Assembly (NCBI GenBank): GCA_030833315.1 | Contig: JAURHM010000002.1 | Location: 1,323-65,322 of the forward strand | Length of the DNA: 64,000 nucleotides | Direction: 5' to 3' | Source: Burkholderiales bacterium | Lineage (GTDB): Bacteria > Pseudomonadota > Gammaproteobacteria > Burkholderiales > SG8-41 | In this document: positions 55,085-64,000 of the stretch, in pieces | Numbering within the stretch: position 1 is the first letter of the stretch | How the letters are laid out: every line of letters starts with the position of its first letter | Translations under genes and position numbers: made by a program | The notes under the pieces: generated by a model | Seen by the model: only the letters and a program-made list of their open reading frames with translations | The model's database searches: none | Told to the model about the DNA's origin: nothing

Positions 55085-56086
55085 TTATTGTGGGGTGATA
55101 TTCCGCACTTCATTGGTGAGTGCTTGCTTGCGACACCAGTTTTCCAGGTTGGCAACGAACAACTGATAAACCCGTTGGTCGTTGCCGGATGCTGCCGCTG
55201 AATTGTGCGGTGAAACGAGCACATTGGGCAGATCCCATAGCGGAGATTCTGCCGGTAACGGTTCTTTTTCGAAAACATCCAGATAAGCGCCGGCGAGATG
55301 ACCCGAACGCAGGGCTTCGATCATCGCCGTTTCATCGATGATTTCGCCGCGACCGATATTGATGATACGCGCACCCTGCGGCAGCCGCGCCAGCAGACCG
55401 GCATTGATCAGGCCGCGGGTTTCCGCGGTCAGCGGGCTGGCGATGACCAGCCAGTCGGCGCGGGGCAGCAGCTCCGCGAGTTTTTGCGGCGGATGCAGTT
55501 CATCCACCCGGTCGCCGGGTTTTTGCGGACTGCGCCGTATGCCGATGACCTTCAGTCCCAAAACCCGGGCGAGGCGGGCGATTTCCGAGCCGATACTGCC
55601 CAGACCGACAATCAGCATGGTCTGCCCGGGAAGGTCGCGCGGGAAATGCGGCATCCGTGCAGGATCCCAGCGATGCTCGCGTTGTGCATTCAGCCAGCGC
55701 GGGAAATTGCGCGCCAGCATCAGCAGGCCGGTGATCGCCGTCTGCGCGATCGGCACCGCGGTCGTGCCGGCTGATGTGGTCAGGCGCACCCCCCGCTGCA
55801 GCATTTCGGTATAGATCGGGTGGTCGACCCCGGCATTGAATACATGCAGCCACTGCAGCGCCGGTGCCTTGCGCACGGTCGAAAAGAACTGGCGCGAGAA
55901 CTGCGGAAACACGTCCGATGAAAAAAACGCCAGATCGAGGCGGGCGCAGTCGGCATCGCTCAGCCGGCCTTCAGGGTCGGCCGGCAGCACGACCAGCTCC
56001 AGGGCCAGTCCGAGGCGTCTGGCCTGCGCGGCAAGATCGGCACCGCGATCGGCATGCAGGCGGTGTGAAACCAGCAAAGTGGTCAT
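55085..56086 (-). CDS. D-isomer-specific 2-hydroxyacid dehydrogenase family, NAD-binding
   Basis: Trimmed to the ATG giving [10 protein letters not shown]. The track start at 56107 is a TTG. It has [14 protein letters not shown] (GxGxxG), RGEIIDE and PHNSA (catalytic His region). Confidence 0.85.
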   Translation of the reverse strand: MTTLLVSHRLHADRGADLAAQARRLGLALELVVLPADPEGRLSDADCARLDLAFFSSDVFPQFSRQFFSTVRKAPALQWLHVFNAGVDHPIYTEMLQRGVRLTTSAGTTAVPIAQTAITGLLMLARNFPRWLNAQREHRWDPARMPHFPRDLPGQTMLIVGLGSIGSEIARLARVLGLKVIGIRRSPQKPGDRVDELHPPQKLAELLPRADWLVIASPLTAETRGLINAGLLARLPQGARIINIGRGEIIDETAMIEALRSGHLAGAYLDVFEKEPLPAESPLWDLPNVLVSPHNSAAASGNDQRVYQLFVANLENWCRKQALTNEVRNITPQ

Positions 56087-56198
56087 GGACGGATCAGAGA
56101 ATGGCAACGACGCGGGAGGGAGATTTTACCCGCTCTTTGCTACCATGCGACGCTCAGCCGTAGTGCAAATCGGCTTACCGACCATGAAAGTCCATTCA

Positions 56199-57335
56199 AT
56201 GGAAATGAATACCCTGGAACTGACCCAGCAACTCATCGCGCGCCCTTCGGTGTCGCCGGAAGACGCCGGCTGCCTGGAACTGGTCATCGCCGAGTTGAAG
56301 CCGCTGGGTTTTGAATGCGAAATCATTGCCGCCAACGGCACGACGAATCTGTGGGCGCGCCGCGGACGTGCCGCACCGCTGATCTGTTTTGCCGGGCATA
56401 CCGACGTGGTGCCGACCGGCCCCCTCGAAAACTGGAACATCGATCCGTTCACGCCGACGATCAAGGACGGCATTCTCTATGGCCGTGGCGCCTCCGACAT
56501 GAAAACCTCGATTGCCGCGTTTGTCGTGGCAATCCGTGAGTTTGTCCGGGCGAATGAATATCATCCGGGCTCCATCGCAGTGATGTTTACCTCGGATGAA
56601 GAAGGTCCGGCTACAGACGGCACGGTGAAAGTGGTTGAAGCGCTGGCGAAACGCGGCGAAAAACTCGACTATTGCATCGTCGGCGAACCGACCTCGGTCA
56701 AGCAGTTCGGCGACATGATCAAGAACGGCCGCCGCGGCTCACTGACCGGGATCCTTACCGTGCAGGGCGTGCAGGGCCACGTCGCCTATCCGCATATGGC
56801 AAAAAACCCGATCCACGACGTTGCGCCTGCCATCGCGGAACTGGCCGCCACCGAATGGGACCGCGGCAATGAATATTTTCCGCCGACCACCTGGCAGATC
56901 TCCAATTTCACCGCAGGCACCGGCGCCAACAACGTCATCCCCGGCACGGCGCGCGTGCAGTTCAATTTCCGCTTTTCCACGGCGAGCACGGTGGAATCCT
57001 TGCAGACGCAGGTGCACGGCATCCTCGACAAGCACGACCTGAAATACGATCTGGAATGGCGACAGGACGGTCGTCCCTTCCTGACCGCCCGCGGCGATCT
57101 GGTCGATGTGGTGACCAAGGCGATCAAGGAAGTCACCGGCGTCGATACCGAACTCTCGACCACCGGCGGTACTTCAGACGGCCGCTTTATCGCCGACATC
57201 TGTCCCCAGGTGATTGAGTTCGGGCCGACCAACGCGACCATTCACAAGGTCAATGAATGCCTGCCGGTCGCTGAAGTCGAGCCGCTGCAGAAAATCTACC
57301 GGCGCATTCTCGAGTTAGTGCTACTGAAGCGCTGA
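56199..57335 (+). CDS. dapE: Succinyl-diaminopimelate desuccinylase
   Basis: The homologous part begins [23 protein letters not shown] and is close to E. coli DapE. It contains GHTDVVP and SDEEG. Three in-frame ATGs (56184, 56199, 56205) make the start uncertain. The 499 aa track ORF is an artefactual extension. Confidence 0.9.
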   Translation: MEMNTLELTQQLIARPSVSPEDAGCLELVIAELKPLGFECEIIAANGTTNLWARRGRAAPLICFAGHTDVVPTGPLENWNIDPFTPTIKDGILYGRGASDMKTSIAAFVVAIREFVRANEYHPGSIAVMFTSDEEGPATDGTVKVVEALAKRGEKLDYCIVGEPTSVKQFGDMIKNGRRGSLTGILTVQGVQGHVAYPHMAKNPIHDVAPAIAELAATEWDRGNEYFPPTTWQISNFTAGTGANNVIPGTARVQFNFRFSTASTVESLQTQVHGILDKHDLKYDLEWRQDGRPFLTARGDLVDVVTKAIKEVTGVDTELSTTGGTSDGRFIADICPQVIEFGPTNATIHKVNECLPVAEVEPLQKIYRRILELVLLKR

Positions 57336-58556
57336 CCAGCGCAAGGCGCCTTCACCGGCGGCCCGTCCGCTGGCAAAACACGCGGTCAGCAGATAACCCC
57401 CGGTCGGCGCTTCCCAGTCGAGCATTTCCCCGGCGCAGAACACGCCAAGTAGTTTTTTGATCATCAGCCGTTCATCCAGCGCTTCGAACGCTACGCCGCC
57501 GGCGCTGCTGATGGCTTCATCAATCGGTCGTGCGGCAGTCAGGGTCAGCGGCAGCGATTTGATCGCCGCAGCCAGTTTTTGCACATCATTCATTTCAGCG
57601 GCGGACAGCGCTTCGCGCAGCAAACCGGCCTTGATCCCTTTCAGGCCGAGGCGGCTTTGCAGATGGGTGGTCAGCGAGCGTGATCCGCGCGGATGCGAAA
57701 CCTCTGCTAAAACCCGCGCGGTATCATGATCCGGCAGCAGATCGAGATGCAGCGTGGCGTGACCCCGTGCGGCGATGGTGTCGCGCAGCGGCGCCGACAG
57801 CGCATAAATCAGGCTGCCTTCGACGCCATAGTCGCTGACCACGAATTCGCCGTTGCGCTGGTGAATTACGCCGTCGGCATCCGTGAAGGAAGCGACCACT
57901 GCTTTCACCGGCTGACCGGCGTAACGTTCACGCAGATGCGCGCTCCACGCCACTTCAAAGCCGCAGTTGGCGGGCTGTAGTGGTGCAACCGGAATACCAC
58001 GGGCTTCAAATAGCGGCACCCACGCCCCATCGGAACCCAGCCGTGCCCAGCTGCCGCCGCCGAGCGCGAATACGGTGCAGCTTGAAGCGACCGTGACGTC
58101 GCCCTGCGGCGTTGAAAAAACCAGCGCGCCATCCGCGTTCCAGCCGGTCCAGCGGTGGCGGACATGGATGCGCAGTCCCGCACTACGCAAGCGGTGCAGC
58201 CAGGCGCGCAGCAGCGGCGCGGCTTTCATTTCCTTGGGAAACACGCGCTGCGAAGTGCCGACGAAGGTTTCGACGCCGAGACCGTGCACCCAATTCTGCA
58301 ATTGCGCGGCGCCGAAGGCATTCAACAAGGATTCGAGAGCAGGCCTGCGTGTGCTGTAACGCGAAAGGAATTTTTCCGCAGGCTCGGCGTGAGTGATGTT
58401 CAGACCGCCCTTGCCGGCGAGCAGAAATTTGCGGCCGACCGAAGGCATCGCATCGTAAAGATCGACGGTCATGCCGCCGGCCAGCAGCACTTCCGCGGCC
58501 ATCAGGCCGGCAGGACCGCCGCCGATCACGACCGCCGCCGGGGCGGTTATAGCCAC
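57321..58556 (-). CDS. HI0933/BaiN-like NAD(P)/FAD-dependent flavoprotein
   Basis: The proposed GTG start at 58556 gives [21 protein letters not shown], a Rossmann GxGxxG. The family C-terminus is [16 protein letters not shown]. It overlaps the corA stop by 10 nt and is convergent with dapE (15-nt overlap). Confidence 0.8.
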   Translation of the reverse strand: MAITAPAAVVIGGGPAGLMAAEVLLAGGMTVDLYDAMPSVGRKFLLAGKGGLNITHAEPAEKFLSRYSTRRPALESLLNAFGAAQLQNWVHGLGVETFVGTSQRVFPKEMKAAPLLRAWLHRLRSAGLRIHVRHRWTGWNADGALVFSTPQGDVTVASSCTVFALGGGSWARLGSDGAWVPLFEARGIPVAPLQPANCGFEVAWSAHLRERYAGQPVKAVVASFTDADGVIHQRNGEFVVSDYGVEGSLIYALSAPLRDTIAARGHATLHLDLLPDHDTARVLAEVSHPRGSRSLTTHLQSRLGLKGIKAGLLREALSAAEMNDVQKLAAAIKSLPLTLTAARPIDEAISSAGGVAFEALDERLMIKKLLGVFCAGEMLDWEAPTGGYLLTACFASGRAAGEGALRWSALQ

Positions 58557-59512
58557 TTCGCCTTGCGGAAGCGGTAGAACAGGTAACTGTCGATGATTAC
58601 CATCGCAGCCAGTGACAACGGATAGCCCCATTGCCAGCGCAGCTCGGGCATGTGATCGAAGTTCATGCCGTAGATGCCGGCGATCAGCGTCGGCACGGCG
58701 ACAAGCGCAGCGTAACCTGCCAGGCGTTTGGTGACTTCGTTTTCCTGCAGCGTGATCAGCGACAGATTGACCGAGATCGCGGTGGTGATCATGTCGCGCG
58801 CGGCGTCGATGCTCTGGTTAATGCGTCCCAGGTGGTCGGAGACATCGCGGAAATAATCGCCGAGGCCGGTGCACAGATGTGGCACGCGCCCGCCGTGCAG
58901 CTTGCCCACGGCTTCCAGCAATGGTGCGGTGGCGTGTTTGAGCGTGACCAGATCCTGCTTGATGCCGTACAGCGCCTCGATGTTGGCCTTGGGCGAGGTC
59001 CCGGCAAAGATGCGGTCCTCGATATTTTCGAGCTGGGTCTCGATGCTGTCGAGAATCGGGAAATAGCGGTCGACCACCGCGTCCATCAGCGCATAAAGGA
59101 TGTAGCCGGTGCCGTGTTGCAGCAGTTCCGGTTCGCGCTCGCAGCGCGCGCGTACGTCGGCGAAGTTGCGATCGCTGCGGCTGCGTACCGACAACACGTA
59201 ATTTTTCGCCACAAAAATCTCGACCTCGCCGACGCGCAGCTCGTCACCATCGGGCTCGAGCATGTGCATCACGAAAAACAGTGAGTCGCCGTATTCCTCG
59301 AATTTGGGTCGCTGGTGGCCGTGACGTGCATCTTCGATGGCCAGCGGGTGCAGCTTGAATTCTTCCTCGAGCAGGTCCAGCTCATGCGGTTCGGGGTCGC
59401 GTACCGCGACCCAGACGATGCAGTCATTGCGATCGAGGTACGTGCTGATTTCATCGCGGGTGATATCCGCGATTTTTTTTCCGTCCCGATAGGCAACACT
59501 GTTGACCAGCAT
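58547..59512 (-). CDS. corA: Magnesium/cobalt transporter CorA
   Basis: 321 aa with the YGMNF signature (IAGIYGMNFDHMPEL) and two C-terminal TM helices. Confidence 0.93.
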   Translation of the reverse strand: MLVNSVAYRDGKKIADITRDEISTYLDRNDCIVWVAVRDPEPHELDLLEEEFKLHPLAIEDARHGHQRPKFEEYGDSLFFVMHMLEPDGDELRVGEVEIFVAKNYVLSVRSRSDRNFADVRARCEREPELLQHGTGYILYALMDAVVDRYFPILDSIETQLENIEDRIFAGTSPKANIEALYGIKQDLVTLKHATAPLLEAVGKLHGGRVPHLCTGLGDYFRDVSDHLGRINQSIDAARDMITTAISVNLSLITLQENEVTKRLAGYAALVAVPTLIAGIYGMNFDHMPELRWQWGYPLSLAAMVIIDSYLFYRFRKAKWL

Positions 59513-59543
59513 GTCCGTTCTCCCTCGCGCCGATGATAACGCA

Positions 59544-59569
59544 GCGGAGGCGGGTTGAACCGCCTCCGC
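59544..59569 (-). terminator. Perfect 10-bp GC-rich hairpin immediately after leuD-like stop
   Basis: gcggaggcgg-gttgaa-ccgcctccgc abuts the stop codon at 59570-59572. The downstream U-tract on the minus strand is weak (tgcgttatcat). Confidence 0.45.
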
Positions 59570-60184
59570 TCAGGCCAGCCAGGGCCTTTGGGCGTGGTAA
59601 TCGTGCTCGAAGCTTTCGATGACCGGGGTGTTTTCCAGCACCAGGCCGATATCGTCCAGACCTTTGAGCAGGCGCTCCTTGTAGACCGGGTCGATGGTAA
59701 AGGGGTGGGCAAAACCCTCGGTGTCGATGACAGTCTGTGCGGACAGGTTGATTGCCAGGCTGGCGCCGGGTTTGGCCCGCAGCTGGTCGCGGAGCCCGCG
59801 GCAGATCTCCTCGGGCAGGATCACCGGCAGCATGCCGTTCTGCAGTTCGTTGGCGTAATGGATGTCGCCGAAAGAAGGGGCGATCACCGCACGGATGCCG
59901 TAGTCGAGCAGGGCGTAAACTGCGCCCTCTCGCGACGAGCCGCAACCGAAATTGGCGCCGGCGACGATGATGCCGGCCTTGCGGTAGGCCGGCTGATTGA
60001 GCACGAAATCAGGTTTTTCCCGGCCATCGTTGTCAAAACGCATGTCGTGGAACAGATAGGGGTCATAACCGGCTTTGTCGCTGCGCAGTTTGCGCAGGAA
60101 ACGCACGGGTATCACGCGGTCGGTGTCGATATTCGCCATTTCGATGGGGGCGGCGACGGCGGTCAATGTGGTGAACGATTTCAT
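59570..60184 (-). CDS. leuD: 3-isopropylmalate dehydratase small subunit family (LeuD-like)
   Basis: Trimmed to MKSFTTLTAVAAPIEMANIDTD. It contains GANFGCGSSREGAVYAL and IAPSFGDI. Whether it is the housekeeping enzyme is uncertain (see findings). Confidence 0.85.
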   Translation of the reverse strand: MKSFTTLTAVAAPIEMANIDTDRVIPVRFLRKLRSDKAGYDPYLFHDMRFDNDGREKPDFVLNQPAYRKAGIIVAGANFGCGSSREGAVYALLDYGIRAVIAPSFGDIHYANELQNGMLPVILPEEICRGLRDQLRAKPGASLAINLSAQTVIDTEGFAHPFTIDPVYKERLLKGLDDIGLVLENTPVIESFEHDYHAQRPWLA

Positions 60185-60253
60185 GAGAGTCGATTTTTCC
60201 AAAAATATGACAGCCTCGTCAGAGGCATGTTTTTGTCATTATTCAAGAGGGAT

Positions 60254-61666
60254 TCAATGTTTCCCTGCGGCAAGCGTGCGCACGTCGGTGACGCGGCCGG
60301 TGACGATGGCGGCGGCGGTCATCGCCGGGCTCATCAGGTGGGTACGCGCGCCCTTGCCCTGGCGGCCTTCGAAATTGCGGTTGGATGTCGAGGCACTGCG
60401 CATGCCCGGCGGCACCTTGTCGCCGTTCATCGCCGCGCAGCTGGAGCAGCCGGAGGCGCGCCATTCAACGCCGGCGTCGAGGAAGATCTTGTCCAGGCCT
60501 TCGGCTTCGGCCTGGCGTTTCAATGCGGTCGAGCCCGGAGACACCCAGGCCTGAATGACCGCTTTGCGGCCTTTGAGGACGGCAGCGGCAGCGCGCAGGT
60601 CTTCAATTCGGCCGTTGGTGCAGCTGCCGATGAAGGCGCGGTCGATCTGGATGTCGGTCAGCGCCATGCCGGGCTTCAAGTCCATATAGGCCAGCGCCTG
60701 TTCGGCGTGGGCGCGCTGGTTGGCGTCCCCCAGCGATTTCGGATCGGGAATGCGGCCGCTGACCGGCAGTGCTTCCTCGGGGCTGGTGCCCCAGGTCAGC
60801 ATCGGTTCGAGTTTGGCGCCGTCGAGCGTGACTTCGCGGTCGAAGCGCGCGCCGTCATCGGAGGGCAGGGTGCGCCATTGCGCCAGCGCGCGATCCCAGT
60901 CGGCGCCCTTGGGTGAGAACTCTCGACCGTGCAGGTATTCATAGACCTTGTCATCGGGCGCGATCATGCCGGCGCGACCGCCAGCTTCGATCGCCATATT
61001 GCAAACCGTCAGTCGCCCTTCGACGGTCAGGCCGCTGATCGCCGATCCGGCGAATTCAATGACATGGCCGGTGGCGCCGGCGGTGCCGATTTTGGCGATG
61101 ATCGCCAGCACCACGTCCTTGCCGGTGACTCCCGGCGCGAGCTGGCCGTTGACGACGATGCGCAGGGTTTTCGGCCGTTTCAGCCACAGGCACTGCGTGG
61201 CGAGGATCTGTTTCAGCTGTGATGCCCCGGTGCCGAAGGCGTAAGCGCCCAGCGCGCCGTGTGTTGAAGTATGCGAATCGCCGCAGGTGACTGTCAGTCC
61301 GGGCTGGGTGAGGCCGAGTTCGGGTCCGATGACATGGACGATGCCCTGGCGATCGTCGTCGATGCCGTAATGGGCGATGTCGTTGACGCGGCAGTTTTCC
61401 TCGAGCAGCCGGATCATGTTGCGCGCGTCGGCGTCTTCCGCCGCTTCGACACCGCGTTCGCGGCCGACGGTCGGCACATAGTGATCGGCCACCGCGAAGT
61501 TCTGCCGCGGCTTGCGCACTTTGCGGCCTTCCTTGGCCAGCGCGCCGAAGGCATGGAAGGACCCTTCATGCACAAAGTTGCGGTCGATGTGCAGCAGCGC
61601 GTCGCCACCCGGTTTTTCCAGAATGACGTGGCTGTTCCAGATTTTGTCGAACATCGTCAATGCCAT
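60254..61666 (-). CDS. leuC: 3-isopropylmalate dehydratase large subunit family (LeuC-like, aconitase superfamily)
   Basis: 470 aa containing MFDKIWNSHV, CGDSHTSTHGALGA and the Fe-S Cys ligands in GSCTNGR and ASGCSSC. Confidence 0.88.
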   Translation of the reverse strand: MALTMFDKIWNSHVILEKPGGDALLHIDRNFVHEGSFHAFGALAKEGRKVRKPRQNFAVADHYVPTVGRERGVEAAEDADARNMIRLLEENCRVNDIAHYGIDDDRQGIVHVIGPELGLTQPGLTVTCGDSHTSTHGALGAYAFGTGASQLKQILATQCLWLKRPKTLRIVVNGQLAPGVTGKDVVLAIIAKIGTAGATGHVIEFAGSAISGLTVEGRLTVCNMAIEAGGRAGMIAPDDKVYEYLHGREFSPKGADWDRALAQWRTLPSDDGARFDREVTLDGAKLEPMLTWGTSPEEALPVSGRIPDPKSLGDANQRAHAEQALAYMDLKPGMALTDIQIDRAFIGSCTNGRIEDLRAAAAVLKGRKAVIQAWVSPGSTALKRQAEAEGLDKIFLDAGVEWRASGCSSCAAMNGDKVPPGMRSASTSNRNFEGRQGKGARTHLMSPAMTAAAIVTGRVTDVRTLAAGKH

Positions 61667-61696
61667 TGCAGTGTCCTCATTTTACGCATTTCAGTA

Positions 61697-63442
61697 TTAC
61701 CGTCCCTTCGCGATGCCTTCGCGGCGCGGATCCGCGCCGCCCTGCCAACCCTGACCATCCCGCATGATGCCGTGCAGACCGCTGGTCATGTCGGTAATTT
61801 CCACGTCGTGGCCCATTGCGCGCAGCGGCGCGGCCTGATCTTCGGCCGCCGTGCCGCGCTCGACTTCGGTCGGCCCGTTGCGGCTGCCGGTATTCGGCAG
61901 CGCGATTGCTGCCTGGATATCAAGCTTCCAGTCGAGTGTCGCGATCAGCGTTTTTGCGACGTAGTTGATGATCCGGGTTCCGCCCGGCGAGCCTACTACC
62001 AGATGCAGGTCGCCGTTGCTGCGGAACACCAGCGTCGGCGCCATCGAACTGCGTGGGCGTTTGCCCGGCGCCACGGCGTTGGCCGCCGGCCGGTCCGTTT
62101 CGACCGGGTTGAAATTGAAATCGGTCAGCTGGTTGTTGAGCAGGAAGCCGCGCACCATGATCCGGCTGCCAAAAAAATTTTCGATGGTCGTGGTCAGCGA
62201 CACGGCGTTGCCGTCGCCGTCGACAATGGCGATATGACTGGTGCCCGCGACTTCCTCGACCGGGTCATCGGCATGGGCGGCCCGGGCACCGGGCGGTGTT
62301 CCCGCAGCCGCCTTGCCCATTGAGCGTTCGGGCTGGATCAGTTTCGCCCGCGCGGCGAGATAGGCCGGATCGAGCAGGCCATGCACCGGCACGTCGACAA
62401 AGCGGTCGTCCGCCACCCAGCGGTTGCGATCGGCATAGGCGAGGCGTCCCGCTTCGGCGAGCAGATGAATAGACTGTGTCGAGCCCGGTGCAACCGCAGA
62501 CAGGTCGCGCTGCGACAGCAGGCCCAGCATCTGCAATACCGCGATGCCGCCGGAAGAAGACGGCGGCATGCCGCAGACCCGGTAGACGCGGTACGGCGCG
62601 CACAAGGCATCGACTTCGCGCACCTGATAGTCGGCAAGATCGGTTTCGCTGAGCAGCCCCGGATTGCCCGGATGGCCGCGCACGGCGGCGACGAGGTCAC
62701 GGGCAATGTCGCCACGGTAAAATGCATCGGCGCCGCCGTCGGCGAGGGCGCGCAGCGTGGCTGCAAATTGCGGATTGCGCAGCATCGAGCCCGCAGCCTT
62801 GGGGCTGCCGTCGGCGGCCAGAAAATAAGCGCGGGCTGCGGGGTCGGCGGCGATGCTGCGATCCCGGCGCAGCAGGGCGTGCACGCGGGGCGACAGCGGA
62901 AAACCGTTTTCGGCGAGCGCAATCGCAGGCCTGAACAGCGCGGCCCATGGCAGCCTGCCGTGTTTGCGGTGTGCGGTTTCGAGCAGGCGCGGAACCCCCG
63001 GCGTGCCCACCGAGCGGCCGCCAATGACAGCGTCGCGAAACGCCATGGTTTTGCCGTCGCGCATGAACAGTTCGGGCGTTGCCGCAGCGGGTGCGGTTTC
63101 GCGGCCGTCATAGGCGCGCACGGCGCGGCCGGCGGCTTCGTAGTGCAGGAGGTAAGCCCCGCCGCCAAGGCCCGATGCCTGCGGTTCGACCAGATTCAGC
63201 ACCAGTTGCACGGCGACCATCGCGTCGACGGCATTGCCGCCGGCGTCGAGGATCTGCAAACCCGCCTCCACCGCGAGCGGGTGTGCGGCAGCGACCATGT
63301 AACGCTGCGCGTAAGCGAGTTTTTTCTCGCTGCGCGTACTCGCCGGTTCGGGCTGCGCCGGGCGGTCGGTCTGCGCCAGCAGCGGTGCACACAGCGCTGG
63401 CCATAACGCAGCGATGAGCCACAAGCGATGCTGCATCAACAC
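61697..63442 (-). CDS. ggt: Gamma-glutamyltransferase
   Basis: 581 aa with a signal peptide. The autoprocessing/catalytic Thr context is EVAGTSHIAIVDGDGNAVSLTTTIE, and it also has GSPGG and DPRREG. Confidence 0.92.
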   Translation of the reverse strand: MLMQHRLWLIAALWPALCAPLLAQTDRPAQPEPASTRSEKKLAYAQRYMVAAAHPLAVEAGLQILDAGGNAVDAMVAVQLVLNLVEPQASGLGGGAYLLHYEAAGRAVRAYDGRETAPAAATPELFMRDGKTMAFRDAVIGGRSVGTPGVPRLLETAHRKHGRLPWAALFRPAIALAENGFPLSPRVHALLRRDRSIAADPAARAYFLAADGSPKAAGSMLRNPQFAATLRALADGGADAFYRGDIARDLVAAVRGHPGNPGLLSETDLADYQVREVDALCAPYRVYRVCGMPPSSSGGIAVLQMLGLLSQRDLSAVAPGSTQSIHLLAEAGRLAYADRNRWVADDRFVDVPVHGLLDPAYLAARAKLIQPERSMGKAAAGTPPGARAAHADDPVEEVAGTSHIAIVDGDGNAVSLTTTIENFFGSRIMVRGFLLNNQLTDFNFNPVETDRPAANAVAPGKRPRSSMAPTLVFRSNGDLHLVVGSPGGTRIINYVAKTLIATLDWKLDIQAAIALPNTGSRNGPTEVERGTAAEDQAAPLRAMGHDVEITDMTSGLHGIMRDGQGWQGGADPRREGIAKGR

Positions 63443-63453
63443 GCCGTTCTCAT

Positions 63454-63483
63454 GACAAAGGCCGCGCCCTTGTGGACGCGGCC
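63454..63483 (-). terminator. Terminator-like hairpin after the upstream Bug gene
   Basis: On the minus strand, ggccgcg-tccacaaggg-cgcggcc is followed by tttgtc. It lies 43 nt downstream of the stop at 63526. Confidence 0.5.
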
Positions 63484-63525
63484 GTAGTCATGGAAATCAT
63501 GTAACTTGTTGTTTTTAATTAACAA

Positions 63526-64000
63526 TCAGTCGGCACGGATATTTGCGGCGGCGACCACTTTCTGCATTTTGGCGTAGTCCTGGCGGATGTATTCGCTGAA
63601 CTCGGCGGGCGAATTGCCCAGCGTCGTGGCGCCCAGCGCGCCGAAGCGGTCGCGGATCGCCGGCTGCGCGGTGATTTTCACCACGGCAGCATGCACGCGG
63701 TCGATCACGTCCTTGGGCGTGCCCGCCGGTGCGAGCAGGCCGGTGATCGTGGTGGCATCAAAACCTTTTAATCCCTGCTCGGCCAGCGTCGGCACATTGG
63801 GCAGCAAGGGCGCGCGCTTGTCGGTGGTGACGGCGAGGGCGCGGATGCGGCCCGACTGGATGTACGCCATCGACGCGGTGAGCTGGTCGACATGCGAATC
63901 GACCTGGCCGCCGAGCAGATCGGTCAGCGCCGGGCCGCTGCCTTTGTACGGCACGCCGGTCATGCGGATGCCGGCGCTGATCTGGATCAGTTCACCGACC
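63526..64000 (-). CDS. Bug/TctC-family periplasmic substrate-binding protein, C-terminal part (runs off window)
   Basis: The frame stays open to the window edge (..VGELIQISAGIRMTGVPYKGSGPALTDLLGG..). It has the PYKGS motif and a C-terminal Bug fold pattern. Confidence 0.85.
   Translation of the reverse strand, partial: VGELIQISAGIRMTGVPYKGSGPALTDLLGGQVDSHVDQLTASMAYIQSGRIRALAVTTDKRAPLLPNVPTLAEQGLKGFDATTITGLLAPAGTPKDVIDRVHAAVVKITAQPAIRDRFGALGATTLGNSPAEFSEYIRQDYAKMQKVVAAANIRAD

Noticed and set aside
59555-63406. Three long plus-strand ORFs (453, 350 and 341 aa) opposite leuD/leuC and ggt
   Set aside because: They are antisense shadows of well-supported minus-strand genes, with no recognisable domains. 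The same reasoning applies to 30896..32068 (opposite tkt), 11034..12122 (opposite yidC), 8549..9568 (opposite mnmG), 25451..26386 (opposite rsmB) and 38719..39636 (opposite the amidohydrolase).

Overview
GC-rich, origin-proximal chromosomal segment of a proteobacterium. The gene order and the abundance of Bug/TctC binding proteins suggest a Betaproteobacterium, possibly Burkholderiales-like, but this is inference only.

**Bases 1-13.3 kb, minus strand:** atpD (5' end), atpG-A-H-F-E-B-I, parB-parA, rsmG, mnmG, two consensus parS sites, mnmE, yidC, rnpA and rpmH.

**Strand switch at rpmH|dnaA, then plus strand:** dnaA, an AT-rich spacer with two DnaA-box matches, dnaN and gyrB.

**18.6-37.5 kb:** topB-dprA-LysM protein on the minus strand. 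On the plus strand, def-fmt-rsmB-DUF4390, an NtrY/NtrX-like two-component pair, and a tkt-gap-pgk-pyk-class I fba block.

**37.5 kb onward, accessory-looking metabolic content:**
- a COG0523 GTPase
- an ~11 kb same-strand cluster: amidohydrolase, Lys-tailed cupin, split AcnX dehydratase, Bug protein, acyl-CoA dehydrogenase, two paralogous carboxyltransferases, a second Bug protein and an MLE-type enolase
- an lpxR-family gene
- a 2-hydroxyacid dehydrogenase-Bug-Bug-enoyl-CoA hydratase-EamA operon
- dapE, a flavoprotein and corA
- a ggt-leuC-leuD-like unit
- a fifth Bug gene running off the window edge

I recognised no rRNA, tRNA, CRISPR array, IS or transposase, prophage or defence-system genes. 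The best candidate for something undescribed is the regulator-less AcnX/twin-carboxyltransferase cluster at 38.8-50.1 kb. It is a metabolic hypothesis, not a demonstrated system. Many long ORFs in the track are antisense artefacts of GC-rich genes and were rejected.
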